This document shows, one piece after another, positions 1 through 13,903 of a DNA stretch of 64,000 bases. Location: positions 558,001 through 622,000 of the forward strand of contig OZ176059.1 of assembly GCA_964247055.1 (NCBI GenBank). Direction: 5' to 3'. Positions within the stretch are counted from its first letter, which is position 1, and the number at the start of each line of letters is the position of its first letter. The stretch is from Paragordius varius. Lineage: Eukaryota; Animalia; Nematomorpha. The translations under genes and the position numbers were made by a program. The notes under the pieces were generated by a model. The model ran no database searches. It was not told the DNA's origin and worked only from the letters and a program-made list of their open reading frames with translations.

Positions 1-133
1 ATAAAAATTATAAAATGCTGTAACGTGCAAAAAAATTTATATAAAGTATGATTGAAAGCATCTAAACTAAATTGCAAAATAATGGTATGGGTGCATATAA
101 ACTAGTATATAAATTGCAAAGTATTATATATAC

Positions 134-2927
134 ATTTGTTTCCTCAACAGGTCAATCAAGACGACATTAACGTTAAACATCATGTCATAGGCCGGTTGTG
201 AGGATGGCGCTTCATTGAGGGACAAAACATAACTCGGTTGTTGATTAATGTATGGTGTGGTCAAGACTACACCATTTGATTCACCAACATTTTTACCCGT
301 TACATTATTATTATCATTACTATCATTCAATAAATCATGTAATCTATCATTTTCTTTACCCGAAATGTTTGTTGTATCCTTAGGAGCGTTGATATCACCA
401 ATATTATCACTTTCAGGTAATTTTTTCTCAATGATAAAACTATCATCCTTATTTAGTGTTTTGATGGGTAAATTATTATTCTTATTATTTATTAAATTTG
501 AAGCGTTGTGAGATTGAACATCATTGTTTAGGGCACTTATGGAAAGAGGTTGATTCGCTTCAATAGTTGGTGAGTTAGCTAAATTTAAAAATAAAGGACA
601 TTTTTCCATCATACGCAATAGATTAGGTTATGTTAGTTTATATAAAATGTAATATTTGTATATGAAAATATTCTAAAATTTAATTTACAAGCTAAAAAAA
701 TCCATAAGCTATATTCGGCCCATTATTTTTTATCCCTTTTGAAAATACTCAATATGAGATACATAAACATGTGTTAAAATGCGAAAAGCGTAACAAAAAC
801 ATTTTCATTGAAATATTTTGGCATGAATGTACTTTTGGTTAAATATTTACAACCAATGATAATAAATATATATATACCATTTACAGTTCAAATTCACCCT
901 TAAACAATTCAAATTCACCCTCAAACAATTTAAATTCCCCTTCGAACAATTCAAATTCACCCTAAAATAAATTATGTGTTTTTTAAGATTTAAAATTACT
1001 TATATTTTTTTATATTTTTAACAAAAGAAACATTTTATGTAATCAAAACAATACTGAAAAAATAATAAACTTTGCCATAAAAATATATTTAACTATAATG
1101 ATGAGTTATATTAGACCGAAATTTTATAATTTATTTTTAGGGTGAATTTGAATTGTTCGAGGGTGAATTTGAATTGTTTAAAGGAGATTTTGAATTGTAA
1201 ATGGTATATATATATATATATTATTTGAAAACAAATCAAACTTGTTAATGTGGTCGTAATCAAATGCCCAAATTCGGCATTATCGTAAGGATAATGGTGA
1301 TGATGTGTAGAGGTCGATTGCTCAGGAACCGTATTATATACCACTTCATTATTCCCATTTGACAGTTGTCCTTTTTCCTTGTCTTGTACGTTGGGGACAT
1401 TTCTAACATCTAAAAGACTATTGATTGTTGAATCAACATTTGTATCCAACATATTATTGCAACCATTTTCAACATTTGTATCCAACATATGCATTTCAGT
1501 GCCGACATTTTGTTGATGGATGCTACAACTATTATTATTATCATTATTCAATAACCATTTATATACAGCAGGGTTATTGGTTAGTCCCCCATTGATACAT
1601 TCATTGTTTTTACTACTATTCTTCTCATTGTCATCAATGATGAAATCACATACACCAATATTTGCCATAATAACGTTCACATTTGATTGATTAGTTTTAG
1701 TAGGATTATTTACCAACAACAAGTGATTGGAATTTTTGCCAATATTGTAATCTGTTTTAGTTCCTTCGGCTACTATAGCATTATGTCGATTCCCAATGAA
1801 TGGTGTTGGTGATACATTTTGATTCGGTCCTTCCGATGCCCCCGTATAGTAAGATACCATGTTCTTATCATCATAATCACTCCTTTCAAGGCTTAGGGGA
1901 CAATAGGAGGTTGTTGATGACATTACCTGTGTTGTTAAACATTGATTACCATTTTGGTTATTGGTGCTATATGCAGTAGAAAAAGGCTGAAATTGATAAT
2001 TATTAGGGGTGTTGTTAAAAGGTGACACCAAAAACTGCGGTGACTGGAGAGGGCCAAAGGGTAGTATTTGTGGATGATGGCTTACATAATGATGATTCAA
2101 CATGTTAATAGGAGCATTGTGTTGTAATAGTTTATTAGTTGGTGAGAGGGGATAAATGAAATTCCCATACTGTGGATTTTGATATACATTGTTGTAACAC
2201 TGATACGGATTAAGGTATAGATTTTTGCCCCCACCATTCACATGAATGCTTGGATGATTAAATTGAGGATTGGAATTATTATGGTTGCTGTTTAAAACAA
2301 GGAGCACCGGATTATTATTATTACTACCATTATTTGATAGTACAGTATTAATAGTGCTCATCCTAAGCATTGGATTATTATTATGATGATGGTGATGATG
2401 AGATCTTGGTGGTGGCCTATATGAGCTATATATGGTTGTAGGTGTTGTCGTTAAAACACTATCATTTTTATTATTAGTAGTAATGGTAGTACAATTTTTG
2501 TTGGATATACTTAGCGACCATTCTTTATTACCATTATTGGGTCGACTATTATTATGAGACAAGTTTGTAGATAATTTGCTATTGGTTGGTGATGTCGCAA
2601 TTTGTCCCCCACACCTAGTAGTCACAGATGATGTTGATTTAGCAGCAGTACATGTAGGTGGAACCATGTATTTCCGTACAATCCTTGTTTCTAACATAGG
2701 GAATATTGTTTAATATAAGATACCGGGAACAAATTTGGAGTAAACCGAAATTAGTTAGCTTGTTAAAAGAAAATCTTTATTCTTTTCAAAAAATTTTTTA
2801 GTAAGATTTGTTAAGGGATTGTAATTATTCCTTCGTAGAAAGCAAATTTTAGAATAAACCATTAAAAATTCATTTATAAGTAAAACCATAAACTTTCACA
2901 CAAAATGAATATAATTGTTAATATATA

Positions 2928-2973
<46 letters not shown>

Positions 2974-4018
2974 CAATTAAAAAAATGGACAAAAATCACT
3001 ACTAAGGTAAAATTTTATTATCCCTTTATCTAATCACTATAAAATATGTCACAATTAACGCTTAAAACAAAACAAACACATACTTTGCCCAACATTATTA
3101 GAGGAGGATATATTTTGCGTTTGTTGGCAATGAAGGATTGATTCACCAGAATCATTAATGCTACCTGTATTCAGATTATTACCATAATCATTTGTAATAT
3201 TATTGTTGGGACCAGGTTGATTTTGACCATTTTCTAGCCTAGTAGTATTTGTCTCATCACATTGACACTTGGGTTTGTTCGATGATACTAGATATATGTA
3301 ATAGTAATGCAAATCTATTAAATTTATGAATAAATGAGACTTCAATATAAAATTGAAATTATGTATATTCATTGATAAATATAAATTTTTTGTGTAAGGC
3401 ATTGGTTAAAAGAGTGATTTAAATCTAAGGCATCCTTAAACAAATCCAATATATAATTTGGTTGACACTCTTATATACCATTTACAATTCAAATTCACCC
3501 TTAAACAATTCATAATCACCCTTGAACAATTAGGTTTTTTAGATTGAAAATTACTATTTTTTGTATATTTTTAAAAATAAATTTTGTTTTATATTAAAAT
3601 GATACTAAAATAATAATAAACTATGCCATAAAAATATATTTGATACTAATGATGAGTTATATTAGTTCGAAAACATATAATTTATTATAAGGTGAATTTA
3701 AATTGTTCAAGGATGAATTTAAACTGTAAATGGTATATATTAAAATAATTTTCGCAAAGATACGAATACCAAACACAGAATTTAATTAAATTTAATTTAT
3801 GGAATAACATACCCGTAGTACTACGAGGTGTATGATTAGCAGTCTCAATATTTCTACCATTTTTCCCTCCATAATAATCATTGTTGAAATGGGAATAACG
3901 TTGACTAGCCCTATATTATAATAAAATAAATTAAATTCGAAATAATAGCCTCGTAAAATCATTTATGTCAGTTAAGAAGGCATAATCTAAAAACTTTTTA
4001 TTGAGCCAAAATATGCAT

Positions 4019-4068
<50 letters not shown>

Positions 4069-5602
4069 CATTTCAATCAAACATTTAATGGTAAAACAAA
4101 TCTTGTATGAAAAAAGCAAAAAACATTTTTTCCAAGTTTTCGACATGTCAGCATGACACGAAAAGATTAAGGGCATATTATTGAACAAAAAAAGGCATAG
4201 ATATTCTATAAATTAGTCTGGACATATCGTTTAACACTTGGATACAACACATTCATTTTGGTCCTTCGATTCAAATTGGGGTAGTTGGATACCCCAGGCC
4301 TGTTTAAATTAAATTCTTTAAAAAATATGGAAGGAATCGAAACCATAGCAAAACTTTGCACTTATATAACATTAATAAACCGGAATATATAAAAAAAATT
4401 TCAAAAATACTTGATATTACTTATTTTAAGCTGAAACCCAAAGGTGAAAATTTGGTCAACGTGACATATGTGCAATGGCTAAATTGAAAAATAATACAGA
4501 AACCACCCTTTTTATATATATCAGTGTTGGATATGATTTAAATAAAAAATTAGCTTTAACTATACTTTGAAAAATAAATGAACACGATATTTTGCAAAAA
4601 GTTTGCAAAATAAAAATGGCGTCGAAGTAGTTTGACATGGAACTTTTTTCTCAAAACAAAATTTTATTAAAATATTTTAGCATATTTATATAATTTTTAT
4701 TGAGATAGAAGCATAAATTTAAATTAGGACCGTTTCCTTCAGTAGTTTTTTTAAAATTTTAAATTTAATTTGGTCTGGGGTATTTAGATACCCCAATTTG
4801 AATCGAAGTGTTAAATGAAAATTTATTTGGCCTTTTACCTTAATCCATAATTAAAATTTACCGGAAGCCAGGCTCCCGTAAAAGTGTGTTAGAAAAATAA
4901 CCGCTTAGCTTGCAAACTGACCAAATTTCATGGAAAGATTAAACAAGGTATAACAAACAAATAAATTAAAAAATGTACCTATTTTGAATGTTATTGATTG
5001 CATAATATTCGTACCGGAATGAAGGACGTTTAATCTCCAATGGGATTCGTTTTTTGTTTTTATTGCCTGTTGCATTATTAGCGAATGTGTAATAAAAAAT
5101 ATGTAATAAATTTTTTTACAATATATATATATATATATATACCCTTTTTCGTAAACACTTCGTTTCCACTTTTTTTAACTGTGTCCGTCAAATCATCCAT
5201 TTTACACACCTTCACAGCCAAATCGTTTGTTGGTATGGAACCATTAGCCAAAGGAATAGAGTTATTCGAATTGGAAACGGTTGTTACATTATCATGATTC
5301 ATAAAAGAGTTTGATTCAATATTTTTCAATGGTAGTTCGTTCGTTGGTATTGAAACATTAGCTTCATTATTGGTGACAAATGTTTCGGAATGCGCAACAT
5401 AGTTCAATTCGCTTTGAGGTGTAGATGGCAATGTTCCTTGCATAACATTATCTTCTTGAACATTTACCGATTCTTGAATATGGTTAAAATGATTATTTGA
5501 TGCAGTTTCTGCGTTTAGGGAATATCCGGAATCACGTGACGTCGAAAGAGACGATGGGCTCGGCGAAGCCAGCAGACGATTACTATTTTCCAGTTCATCC
5601 AT
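134..5602 (-). CDS. Multi-exon gene for a large Asn/His/Ser/Pro-rich low-complexity protein of unknown function; 3' end lies beyond the left window edge
   Basis: Phase-consistent GT-AG exons on the minus strand: 5602(ATG in aaaATGG context)-5143, 3287-3084, 2690-1242, 578-134 (>850 codons). An acceptor at 5660-5661 suggests an upstream UTR exon (possibly ~6367-6480). No domain recognised. The donors at 1241 and 133 are the least certain boundaries. Confidence 0.75.
877..1204. mobile_element. Family A MITE (TA-flanked, termini CCATTTACA...TGTAAATGG, ~21-bp subterminal tandem repeats)
   Basis: Inverted termini flanked by TATA; internal aattcaaattcacccttgaac-type units. Lies in the intron 579-1241. 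Confidence 0.85.
3478..3733. mobile_element. Family A MITE
   Basis: Same termini and internal sequence as the 877-1204 copy. Confidence 0.8.
4235..4810. mobile_element. Family D non-autonomous DNA transposon with TTAA target duplication (piggyBac-like target)
   Basis: TTAA at 4231-4234 and 4811-4814; imperfect TIRs CACTTGGATACAA / TTGAATCGAAGTG; subterminal GGGGTA...TACCCC palindromes. Confidence 0.85.
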
Positions 5603-8077
5603 TTTTATAATATTAGAATTATTAATATAATCCAATTTACGATCAATATTGGATATAATCTAAAATATTTAATAAGGTAAAAGCTTAAGAATACAATTTT
5701 TTTGAGCAGAATATATTTAAAAAAAATTACCGATGGAAATTCCGTATAATATTTACTAGGATTGATATGTAAATCTAAAATTTTATATATGTTTAAAAAC
5801 TTGTGGTATAATCTAAACGTTCCCCGTTAACTTTATTATAGCAAGCTTTAATATCCGGGATACAATTTAAAGATTCAACTTTCGAACAGTTAATGGAATT
5901 GGAATTAAGTGCAATATTAGATGAGAGCGAATTTTGAGAATGTTTGTTCATATTCTATTCAAACTACGATTGATATTAAATATTGGAAGGATCTACCAAT
6001 AAAATAATTCATAATAATTAATAAATTTGCATATTTCAGTAAAATATTAAATTTGCATAATAAAAATACTTGACAGCGGATACGCATATGGAGCGATGCG
6101 TACAATCCCAATCCAATGCAATGAACAAATGCCAAAAAAATAAAACGTGGGCAAATATCAATCAATATAATTTATAAAAAATATTTTATATAAAAATTGT
6201 GATATTTATCTAATCTCAAAAATTTTAAAAAATTTTGATCTTGTTTTAGTTAAAACAATACAATTATCCATCTTAAAGTTTTTAAATTAAAAAGGTTTAT
6301 CGATCTCATGAAACCTTAAACCTTATACACTCATTCATTATTTTTTCAGGTTTCCTCACTAATTACCTCTTCGGTTTTTTGTAAGCGATGACAATGGGGG
6401 TAGTTTTATCACCATAGCATCAAGTAGTAAATAAACTACTGTTTTGTAGTAGTGTTGGTTAACACTCTATGACATTTTGGGTAATAATATACCCTAGGGC
6501 CATTTTAAAAATAATTATCTTTTTAGAATTAGCTCAAAATTAAAAGAATGCTTTCTTTCGCCCTTTAGGCGCATGAAATAAAATAATAAAAATTTTGAAA
6601 AAAATGAAATTGTAAAAAATTATCATCCTAAACTCTTCGCCATATTTTTTTTTCTTGAAACGCTCATAAAATAGGCAAAAAAATGTATATTAGATATAAA
6701 CGTAAATAATTAACTTTTTTTAGTTTAATTTCCCATCAAAAAATGATATGATTTTTATTAAACTTTACATTAAAACATGTTTTGAGCTGACCCAAAAAAC
6801 TATAATAAATACTTTTATATATAATAAAAAAGAACAATTCATGATAATTAAATTTTAAAAATAAATTTGAAAACTGTAGTATATATACAGGATTAAGCTG
6901 TGGTATATAAAAACCCAAATTGTCATAGCAAATAAGTCAGAACATGAAGTATTAAAAGTGAATATCCCATTTTTTCTCTTCTATTGGATAAAAAACAAAA
7001 TATTTTTTGAATTATAGCTTCATATCTCGATTGATACAAACATATTAAAATCGATCAATATCTTAAATTTGCTAAGAAATATTTATTAAAAGCTTTTTAT
7101 CTTAATTATTTGCATATATTACAATGAGTGGGGTTATAAAAAAATTTTGACAAGTTTTTCAAGTCATGGCTTGCTTTTATGTGATAAAAAAATTTAACAT
7201 TAGGGAGAGTCAATCAAGAAAACTTGATTCTAAAATCTATGATCAAGTAAAACTTGAATATTTTGCAAGTGAGATATAGGTCATGCTTAACAGAAAAATA
7301 TGAAAATTATTTTGGAAACTAATATAATAAATTGCGGTTTTATATGTAAAAACCTTTGTTAATGTTAACAAATTTTCATCATAGAGTAAAAATTTAGTTT
7401 TGATTTATGTAGCATATTCTACTAAATGCTTATAGGCACTCACAAATAGACAAATATATTGATTAAAGCTATTTTATGTGTGAAGTAAGATATTACGTAA
7501 ACAAGGGCACTACGAGCTTACAAAATTACAGGCAAAAAATATAATACAACACCAAACACACCTGACTATATCTCACATTAAATCCTAATATTCTATTAAG
7601 TCATAAGGGGTTCGCTTTTTTGTTTAAGCATGTAGTAATATAGCTATTAGCGGTGCGAGATTTTTAATGTAATTGAAATTTTTGTTGATGTTATTAACTT
7701 TTTATTTGCTAACTTTTGGCTAATTATTCTATACAAATTAGGCGGATACAAAAGGAGATGAAATTTTTAGAAAAACTCTGATAAATGTATAAAGGCCCTA
7801 AGTTCATTTCCATGAACCCTCAAAAAATTTGCAAAAATCAGCGATATATTTTGAAAGTATTTTCAAATTGATTTATACCCTACAGTACAAATTTGAAAAG
7901 CTGTTAGCTAATTCGTGTAAAAACAGAAATAATGTTTCTTTGCTTTCAATTAGAAAATATTATTGTCAAGGGTTGCTAAAAAATAACTGAATATCATTTC
8001 AAGACGAAAGCCTAAAAAGCTATTTCTTGAAATTATTATAATTTCCAAATTTGATGAACACATGCATATCGCTTTAA

Positions 8078-9239
8078 CACTTCGATTCAAATTGGGGTAT
8101 CTAAATACCCCAGACTAAATTTAAATTAATGTTTTGAAAAAACTACGGAAAGAAACGGTCCCCATTTAAATTTATGCTTCTATCCTGATAAATATTATAT
8201 AAATATGCCAAAATATCTTGATAAAATTTTGTTTTGAAAAAAAAGCACCAAAACTACCTCGACGCCATTTTTATTTTACAAAATTTTTACAAAATATCGT
8301 CTATATTTAACACTTGGATACAACACACTCATTTTAGTCCTTCGATTCAAATTGGGGTATTTGGATACCCCAGGCCTGTTTAAAATCAAATAGTTTAAAA
8401 AGTATGGAAGCAATCGAAACCATGGCAAAATTTTGCACTTATACAACATAAATTAACCGAAATATATAAAAAATTTTATTCAAAAATACTTGATATTACT
8501 TATTTTGAGCCAAAACTGGAAGGTAAAAATTTAGTCAACGTGACATGTGTCAAATGTAAAATTAAAAAAATAATACAAAATAAACCGCTTTTTCTATTTC
8601 TATCAATGTTAGATGCAATATATATAAAAAATAAGCTTTAGTTTTACCCTTAAAATTAAATGAAGACGATATTTTGCAAAATTTTTGCAAAATAAAAATG
8701 GCGTCGAAGTAGTTTTAGGTGGAACTTTTTTTTCAAAACAAAATTTTATCAAGATATTTTGGCATATTTATATAATATTTATCAGGATAGAAGCATTAAT
8801 TTAAATTGGGACCGTTTCCTTCAGTAGTTTTTTAATAATTTTAATTTAAATTTAGTCTGGGGTATTTAGATACCCCAATTTAAATCGAAGTGTTAATTTT
8901 AAGGGTAAAACTAAAGCTAATTTTTTATATAAATTACATCTAACATTAATTGAAATAGAAAAAGCGCTTTAGTTTGTATAATTTCAATTTTACAATTTAA
9001 CACATGTCACGTTGACGAAATTTTTTACCTTTCGGTTTTAGCTTAAAATAAGTAATATCAAGTATTTTTGAATGAATTTTTTATATATTTTGGTTTTTTA
9101 ATGATATATAAGTGCAAAATTTTGCCATGGTTTCGATTCCTTCCATACTTTTTAAAATATTTGATTTTAAACAGGCCTGGGGTATCCAACTACCCCAATT
9201 TGAATCGAAGGACTAAAATGAGTGTGTTGTATCCAAGTG
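8078..9239. mobile_element. Family D element with a second family D copy (8311-8892) inserted in opposite orientation
   Basis: Outer ends are flanked by TTAA (8074-8077, 9240-9243) and the inner copy by TTAA (8307-8310, 8893-8896). Removing the inner copy restores the family D internal sequence. Confidence 0.85.
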
Positions 9240-11228
9240 TTAAAATTTAATCGACAAAAATATATTGAAGTTAATTATATTTTTATCTAATTAAATATTA
9301 ATCTCGTTTAAAATTGTCGAATCTTCATTTTCAATAAATTCATAAACGCTAAGGTTAATTATTATTATTAAAACATGTAAAGAATTTTCTTCTTTAGAAA
9401 TTTATAATTAATGAGATAATTCAATTTTAAAAAATAATGTTATTATATTTTCTGCCCTCCGCAATGCCCATCGAAGGTTTGCACTGTTTGTGGCGCTTGA
9501 AGGAGGTTAGTCAAAAACTGAAATGAAAGATATTTAAAAGTTTTATCCTTCTAGGATTCTTTGTGGCCAAATTCTAATAAACAGACCCGTAAGGTTTAGG
9601 TATTTGTAAATAAATAGTTGAAAGTTATCACAGGTGATAATTTTTTTCTAAGAAAACACAGTGCCAACTTGCCACTTGTAATACCTTGACTTTCGTGCTG
9701 GGAATACCGTTGTCAAGTCTGAATGTGGTGGCTCATCAAATACATCATAATGAAATGAGCCCGTTTAAAGCAGCTCTTGAATGGAAACTTGATGCCCATC
9801 CAGCCTACTGGAAGTTCAAGAAATGGTTTAAGCTTATGTGCGTGGTGCTTGCGGAAACAGAAATGTCACCCTAGTGTCAAATGGGGTTTGAAATAATCGA
9901 TGCGGACAAATTAAAGATAGGGGAAGAGGAAAGTCTTCATTACGCCAAGCGTTAGCTTCGACGTTGGCGCCGCATTCAACTATCTGCAAAAGGGCGGAAG
10001 TGGGGGGCTTGTGGTGACTTTATATACTTTGATAAGGGGTATGCATATAATTTTGTACTATTATATCATTCAATTTATCTGTTGCACTACATGTTTCACT
10101 GTATATCTATATTCCCAGAAGGACTCAACAAGGAAGTGCGGCCCCCTGCTCTGAGGCGTGGAAAAGCATAGGAAGGCGGATGTCGTCGTGTGTGAACAGT
10201 GGCGGTTGAGACCAAGCCTGTCACGCCCGTTTCTATATACCTGGATATTTTATGCCCATCCCATTAAATTTGCAAAAGGGCTCCTACCAAAATGATTAGC
10301 AAAAAGTGAAGCAGTTTGGAGAGTTATTCACTAACAATTCGTAATGGACACTGGGCCTCGATGGAAAATTATAGCCAAAAAGAATAAACAAATATTTATA
10401 TGATAATTTTGTTGTAGCTTAGAATATTAGAAAATATAAAAGTATTGGGCATTTTACCAGAAAATATTATGCTAAACTTGTGATAAAATAATAGAAGGTG
10501 TTTTAAAGGCAGGTCTTATCACTTACAAATTTTATGGCTCACCAATGAGTTAGAAAACTTCAAATGCATATTGTATTGGTTGTTCACTTTTTAATTCCTT
10601 ATTTCAATTTTAATAGAAAATCAAAAAATTTCCGTAAAACTCATGGGTGGCAAAAAGGTTTTTTGCAAAAAAATGGATATTTTGATTAAAAATTTAGTTT
10701 ATATAATAATTTGGTGAGGGAGTTTGATGGTATTTTGAAGCATGGTGGAAGCGGTATATAAACACTAAATATAAACTTTTCTGTAAATTCTATAATGCTG
10801 ATAACTCCAGTCACTTGGTAATTAATTTAAAGCCCTCTTTCAATTTAGAATGAATGTTTGTAAAAAAATAATTTATTTATAAAAATTTGAAAAAAAAGCG
10901 AATATTTGATCTTTAGTTTAAAAATTGATTGCTAATATAAGTTCGATTTCGGATTAAGCCGTTTTAAATTTAGACAAAATCTTATTACCACATCCAAGAT
11001 GTAGTTTGTTTTAAATTTGGAGGAGCAGATAATTTGATCTTTTTTGATTATATACTAGCTATATATTGAAATAGTCAAGTAAATATTTATATTAATTTGG
11101 ATGTGTGCAAAGACATCTTAAATCTTATAGAAAACAAGCATGATTATTATTAGATTCACAAGGCATTTGTATTTTAATAAAAATGTTTCAACTTTAATGT
11201 AATGGCTAGCCATTTTATCCGTTTAGAA

Positions 11229-11495
11229 CAGGGTTGTCCAATACATTATGCATCGCGGGCCACATTTGAGTTATATATGGGCATATATAAAAAAATTATT
11301 AGGCTTCAAACGTAGAACTGCAAATTTCAAAACACAATTTAACAATTTTTAATAGATTTTCCAATTATTCAAACTAAATCAAAAAAATTGTTTAAATATA
11401 TCAATTTTACTAAGATTTTTATAACATGTTTTACAAGTTTTGGATTTCCAAATTTTTCTCGGGCCGCACTATAAAGTATCGGAATGTTGGCCAGT
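11229..11495. mobile_element. Decayed hAT-like MITE (CAGGGTTGTCCAA / GCGGGCCAC type)
   Basis: Terminal motif resembles hAT ends; related gcgggccacatttga sequence recurs at ~48060-48335. The right boundary is approximate. Confidence 0.45.
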
Positions 11496-12827
11496 ATAGA
11501 AGATGCCTGAAATACTTGGGATTTCCCAGGCGTTAACATCAATTTTGGAAAAACTTAAATCATTATTTAATGTTTTTTACCCACCTAAAAGTGGATCTAC
11601 CCCTACGATTATTGGCTGTAATGTGTGTAGGGATAATTTTTTGGACCATTAGGCAAGTTTGATGTGTGCAAAATTTAGTTAGATTTGACTGTTAGTTTTA
11701 GGGTTCCTTATTAACTTGTGTATATGCAATTTGTTAAACTATTGTGTTTAGAATGATAAATAAAGAAATATTTGGCAAAATTATTTTAATTATTTTTGTC
11801 AACATTCAATAATCTAAAAGTAAATTTAAATGATAACCTAAAATAGGTCATGAGGATATCTATGTAATAGATATGCATTGGTGGTGGTTAGAATGACTAA
11901 GTTCAAAAAAAAATTCCTTTTTTTTATGAGATAGCTTATGACCAGCGTGTTTATTTGCCGTAAAAAATTATTTGTTGACGAGCTAGTATTTGTAATACTG
12001 AGAGAAAACCAAAATCGGGCAAAAAGTGAAAATTAGGGATATTATGGATAATTAAAAATAATGATAAAACTTGAGATATTAAGGTTTATTTATTATTAAT
12101 TTATCAATATTTACCAATTATAAGCCTAAAATCATATATAGTTAGGGTTTTTTGAACTCATATCATGAAACCCAAAAATAATATTTTTTTTAATTATTTA
12201 TTAGCCAAACCTACTCTGAACATTCATATTTTATACATTAAAAATAACAGAAAATTATTTAAAAAATGTTTTTGATTTTTTGATTTTTTTGTCAGGTGCG
12301 TATTGTATTTACTGTTTTATTTTAGAATCCTACTTGAGCGGAAATTGCCAAGTATATAAATTCATACAAATTAGGATTTACAAATAGTGGAAAATTAATT
12401 AACAATCCTTACAAATCCCTCAACAAGTTTGTTTTAACACACTTATTGGGATATGTACGGATTTGATTAAAAAGCCACTTAAATCCTATTTTGTATCAAT
12501 TTATAAACTTTATAATTCCCGCTCATATAAAATTCCATAATAAAATAATAATTATTCTACACTCATAAACCAAATGACGAAAAAATGAAAAAATAAAAAC
12601 AATAATGCAATTATATTTTGATAATTAAATTGTTTTTACTGTATAAAAACATGAATGTTAAGATTTAAATAGTGAGTTTGGATAATAAATAATTTAAAAA
12701 AAATTTTTTTAATGTAGTTTCATAAAAAATTTGTCCTTTTAGTATGGAAAAGGAAAAACACAATATATTGATTTGAGTTTTAAATAAAACCTAACTTTAT
12801 GATTTCAGGCTATTTATAATTAGTAAA

Positions 12828-13903
12828 TCTATATATTTATAAAAATGGAAAATGCTGGCTTTGTGATCTGGTACAGGAAAACCGGTAGACCCAATCAAAT
12901 CCAAATATCGAAAAAATATAATATTAATGAATGCCCCGACAATAGCTTCGCCTTTTTTTGAAATAGGCCCCCTGTTCGGGCCCACCCCGTGTGAAAAACG
13001 GGTTTTTTTTGAAAACACAAGTCCACAAAAATCGTGTCTTTGAGACAATTTTCCGGAGAACGTGTTGGACCATTCAATTTCAAATATGATTTTTATTTAG
13101 TTATTTTCGATTGCGCCGAACATAGTCGTTTCGCTTTTTTGATTTAGGCCCTCTTTTTACCCGCTCCCCCCGTAAAATGCCACCTTTTTCAAAAAACAAA
13201 GTCCACAAGAATATTTTTTAAAATCTATTTTTCTACCAAGGTATGAGACCGTAAAAATTTAATATGGATTCCACGTATTCCCTGTTAAAAGGCACAAACT
13301 TTAGTCAAGCGTTTCTTTGATGATAGCTGCTGGGTAAGGAGCTACCCGCGAAAAACTGATTTCTCATGTAACTTTGTGATCTGTTTCCGGAAAACCGGTG
13401 AACGCAATCAAATCCAAATATCGAAAAAATATAATCATTAATAAATGCCCCGACAATAGCTTCGCCCTTTTTTGGAATTAGGTCCCCAGTTCGGGCCCAC
13501 CCCGTGTGAAAAATGGGTTAAGTCAATTTTTTGGAGAACGTGTTGGACCATTCAATTTCAAATATGATTTTTGTTTACTTATTTTTGATCGCGCTGAACA
13601 TAGTCGACTCACTTTTTTGATTTAGGCCCTCTTTTTACCCGCTACCCCCGTAAAATGCCATTTTTATCAAAAAAAACAAAGTCCACAAAAATAATTTTTT
13701 AAATCTATTTCTCCCCCAAGTAAACAATAAATTAGTATGAATGCACCGTTTTAAGATTCCTATGAAATCATAGCTATTAAATAATTTTTCGAAATAATCC
13801 ACATATGTAGATCATTTTATTGTCCCTTTTTTCAAATAACCCCCTCCCCCCAGAAGTCCGAAGGACTTCCTCGGGCTGCGTAGCAGCACGAGATTTACGC
13901 TAG
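12828..13903 (+). mobile_element. Non-autonomous Helitron, family E copy 1
   Basis: A|TCTATATATTTATAAAA 5' end; 3' GC hairpin (ctcgggctgc-gta-gcagcacgag) followed by CTAG|T; no TSD; internal duplication with ~514-bp period. Confidence 0.85.

Noticed and set aside
3931-4188. Short ORFs containing YIYIYI or THTHTH runs (also 5085-5297, 26987-27199, 27376-27582, 32288-32473, 33526-33791, 53517-53726)
   Set aside because: They stay open only because (TA)n/(CA)n repeats lack stops, or because they shadow real exons in another frame or strand.
4456-4638. ORFs within family D copies (also 9068-9250, 38699-38902, 39424-39678)
   Set aside because: No transposase motif; these are chance frames in AT-rich non-autonomous elements.
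5959-6165. Signal-peptide-like minus-strand ORF (MIDICPRFIFLAFVHCIGLGL...)
   Set aside because: No convincing splice partner or homology cue; cannot be supported.
6367-6480. Possible first coding exon of gene 1 (ATG GTG ATA AAA...)
   Set aside because: It ends in phase 1 whereas the acceptor at 5659 needs phase 0; more likely a UTR exon.
12797-13083. ORFs in the GC-richer repeats (also 18638-19343, 41885-43401)
   Set aside because: They fall inside non-autonomous Helitron copies, show no Rep/helicase motifs, and frames are not conserved between copies.
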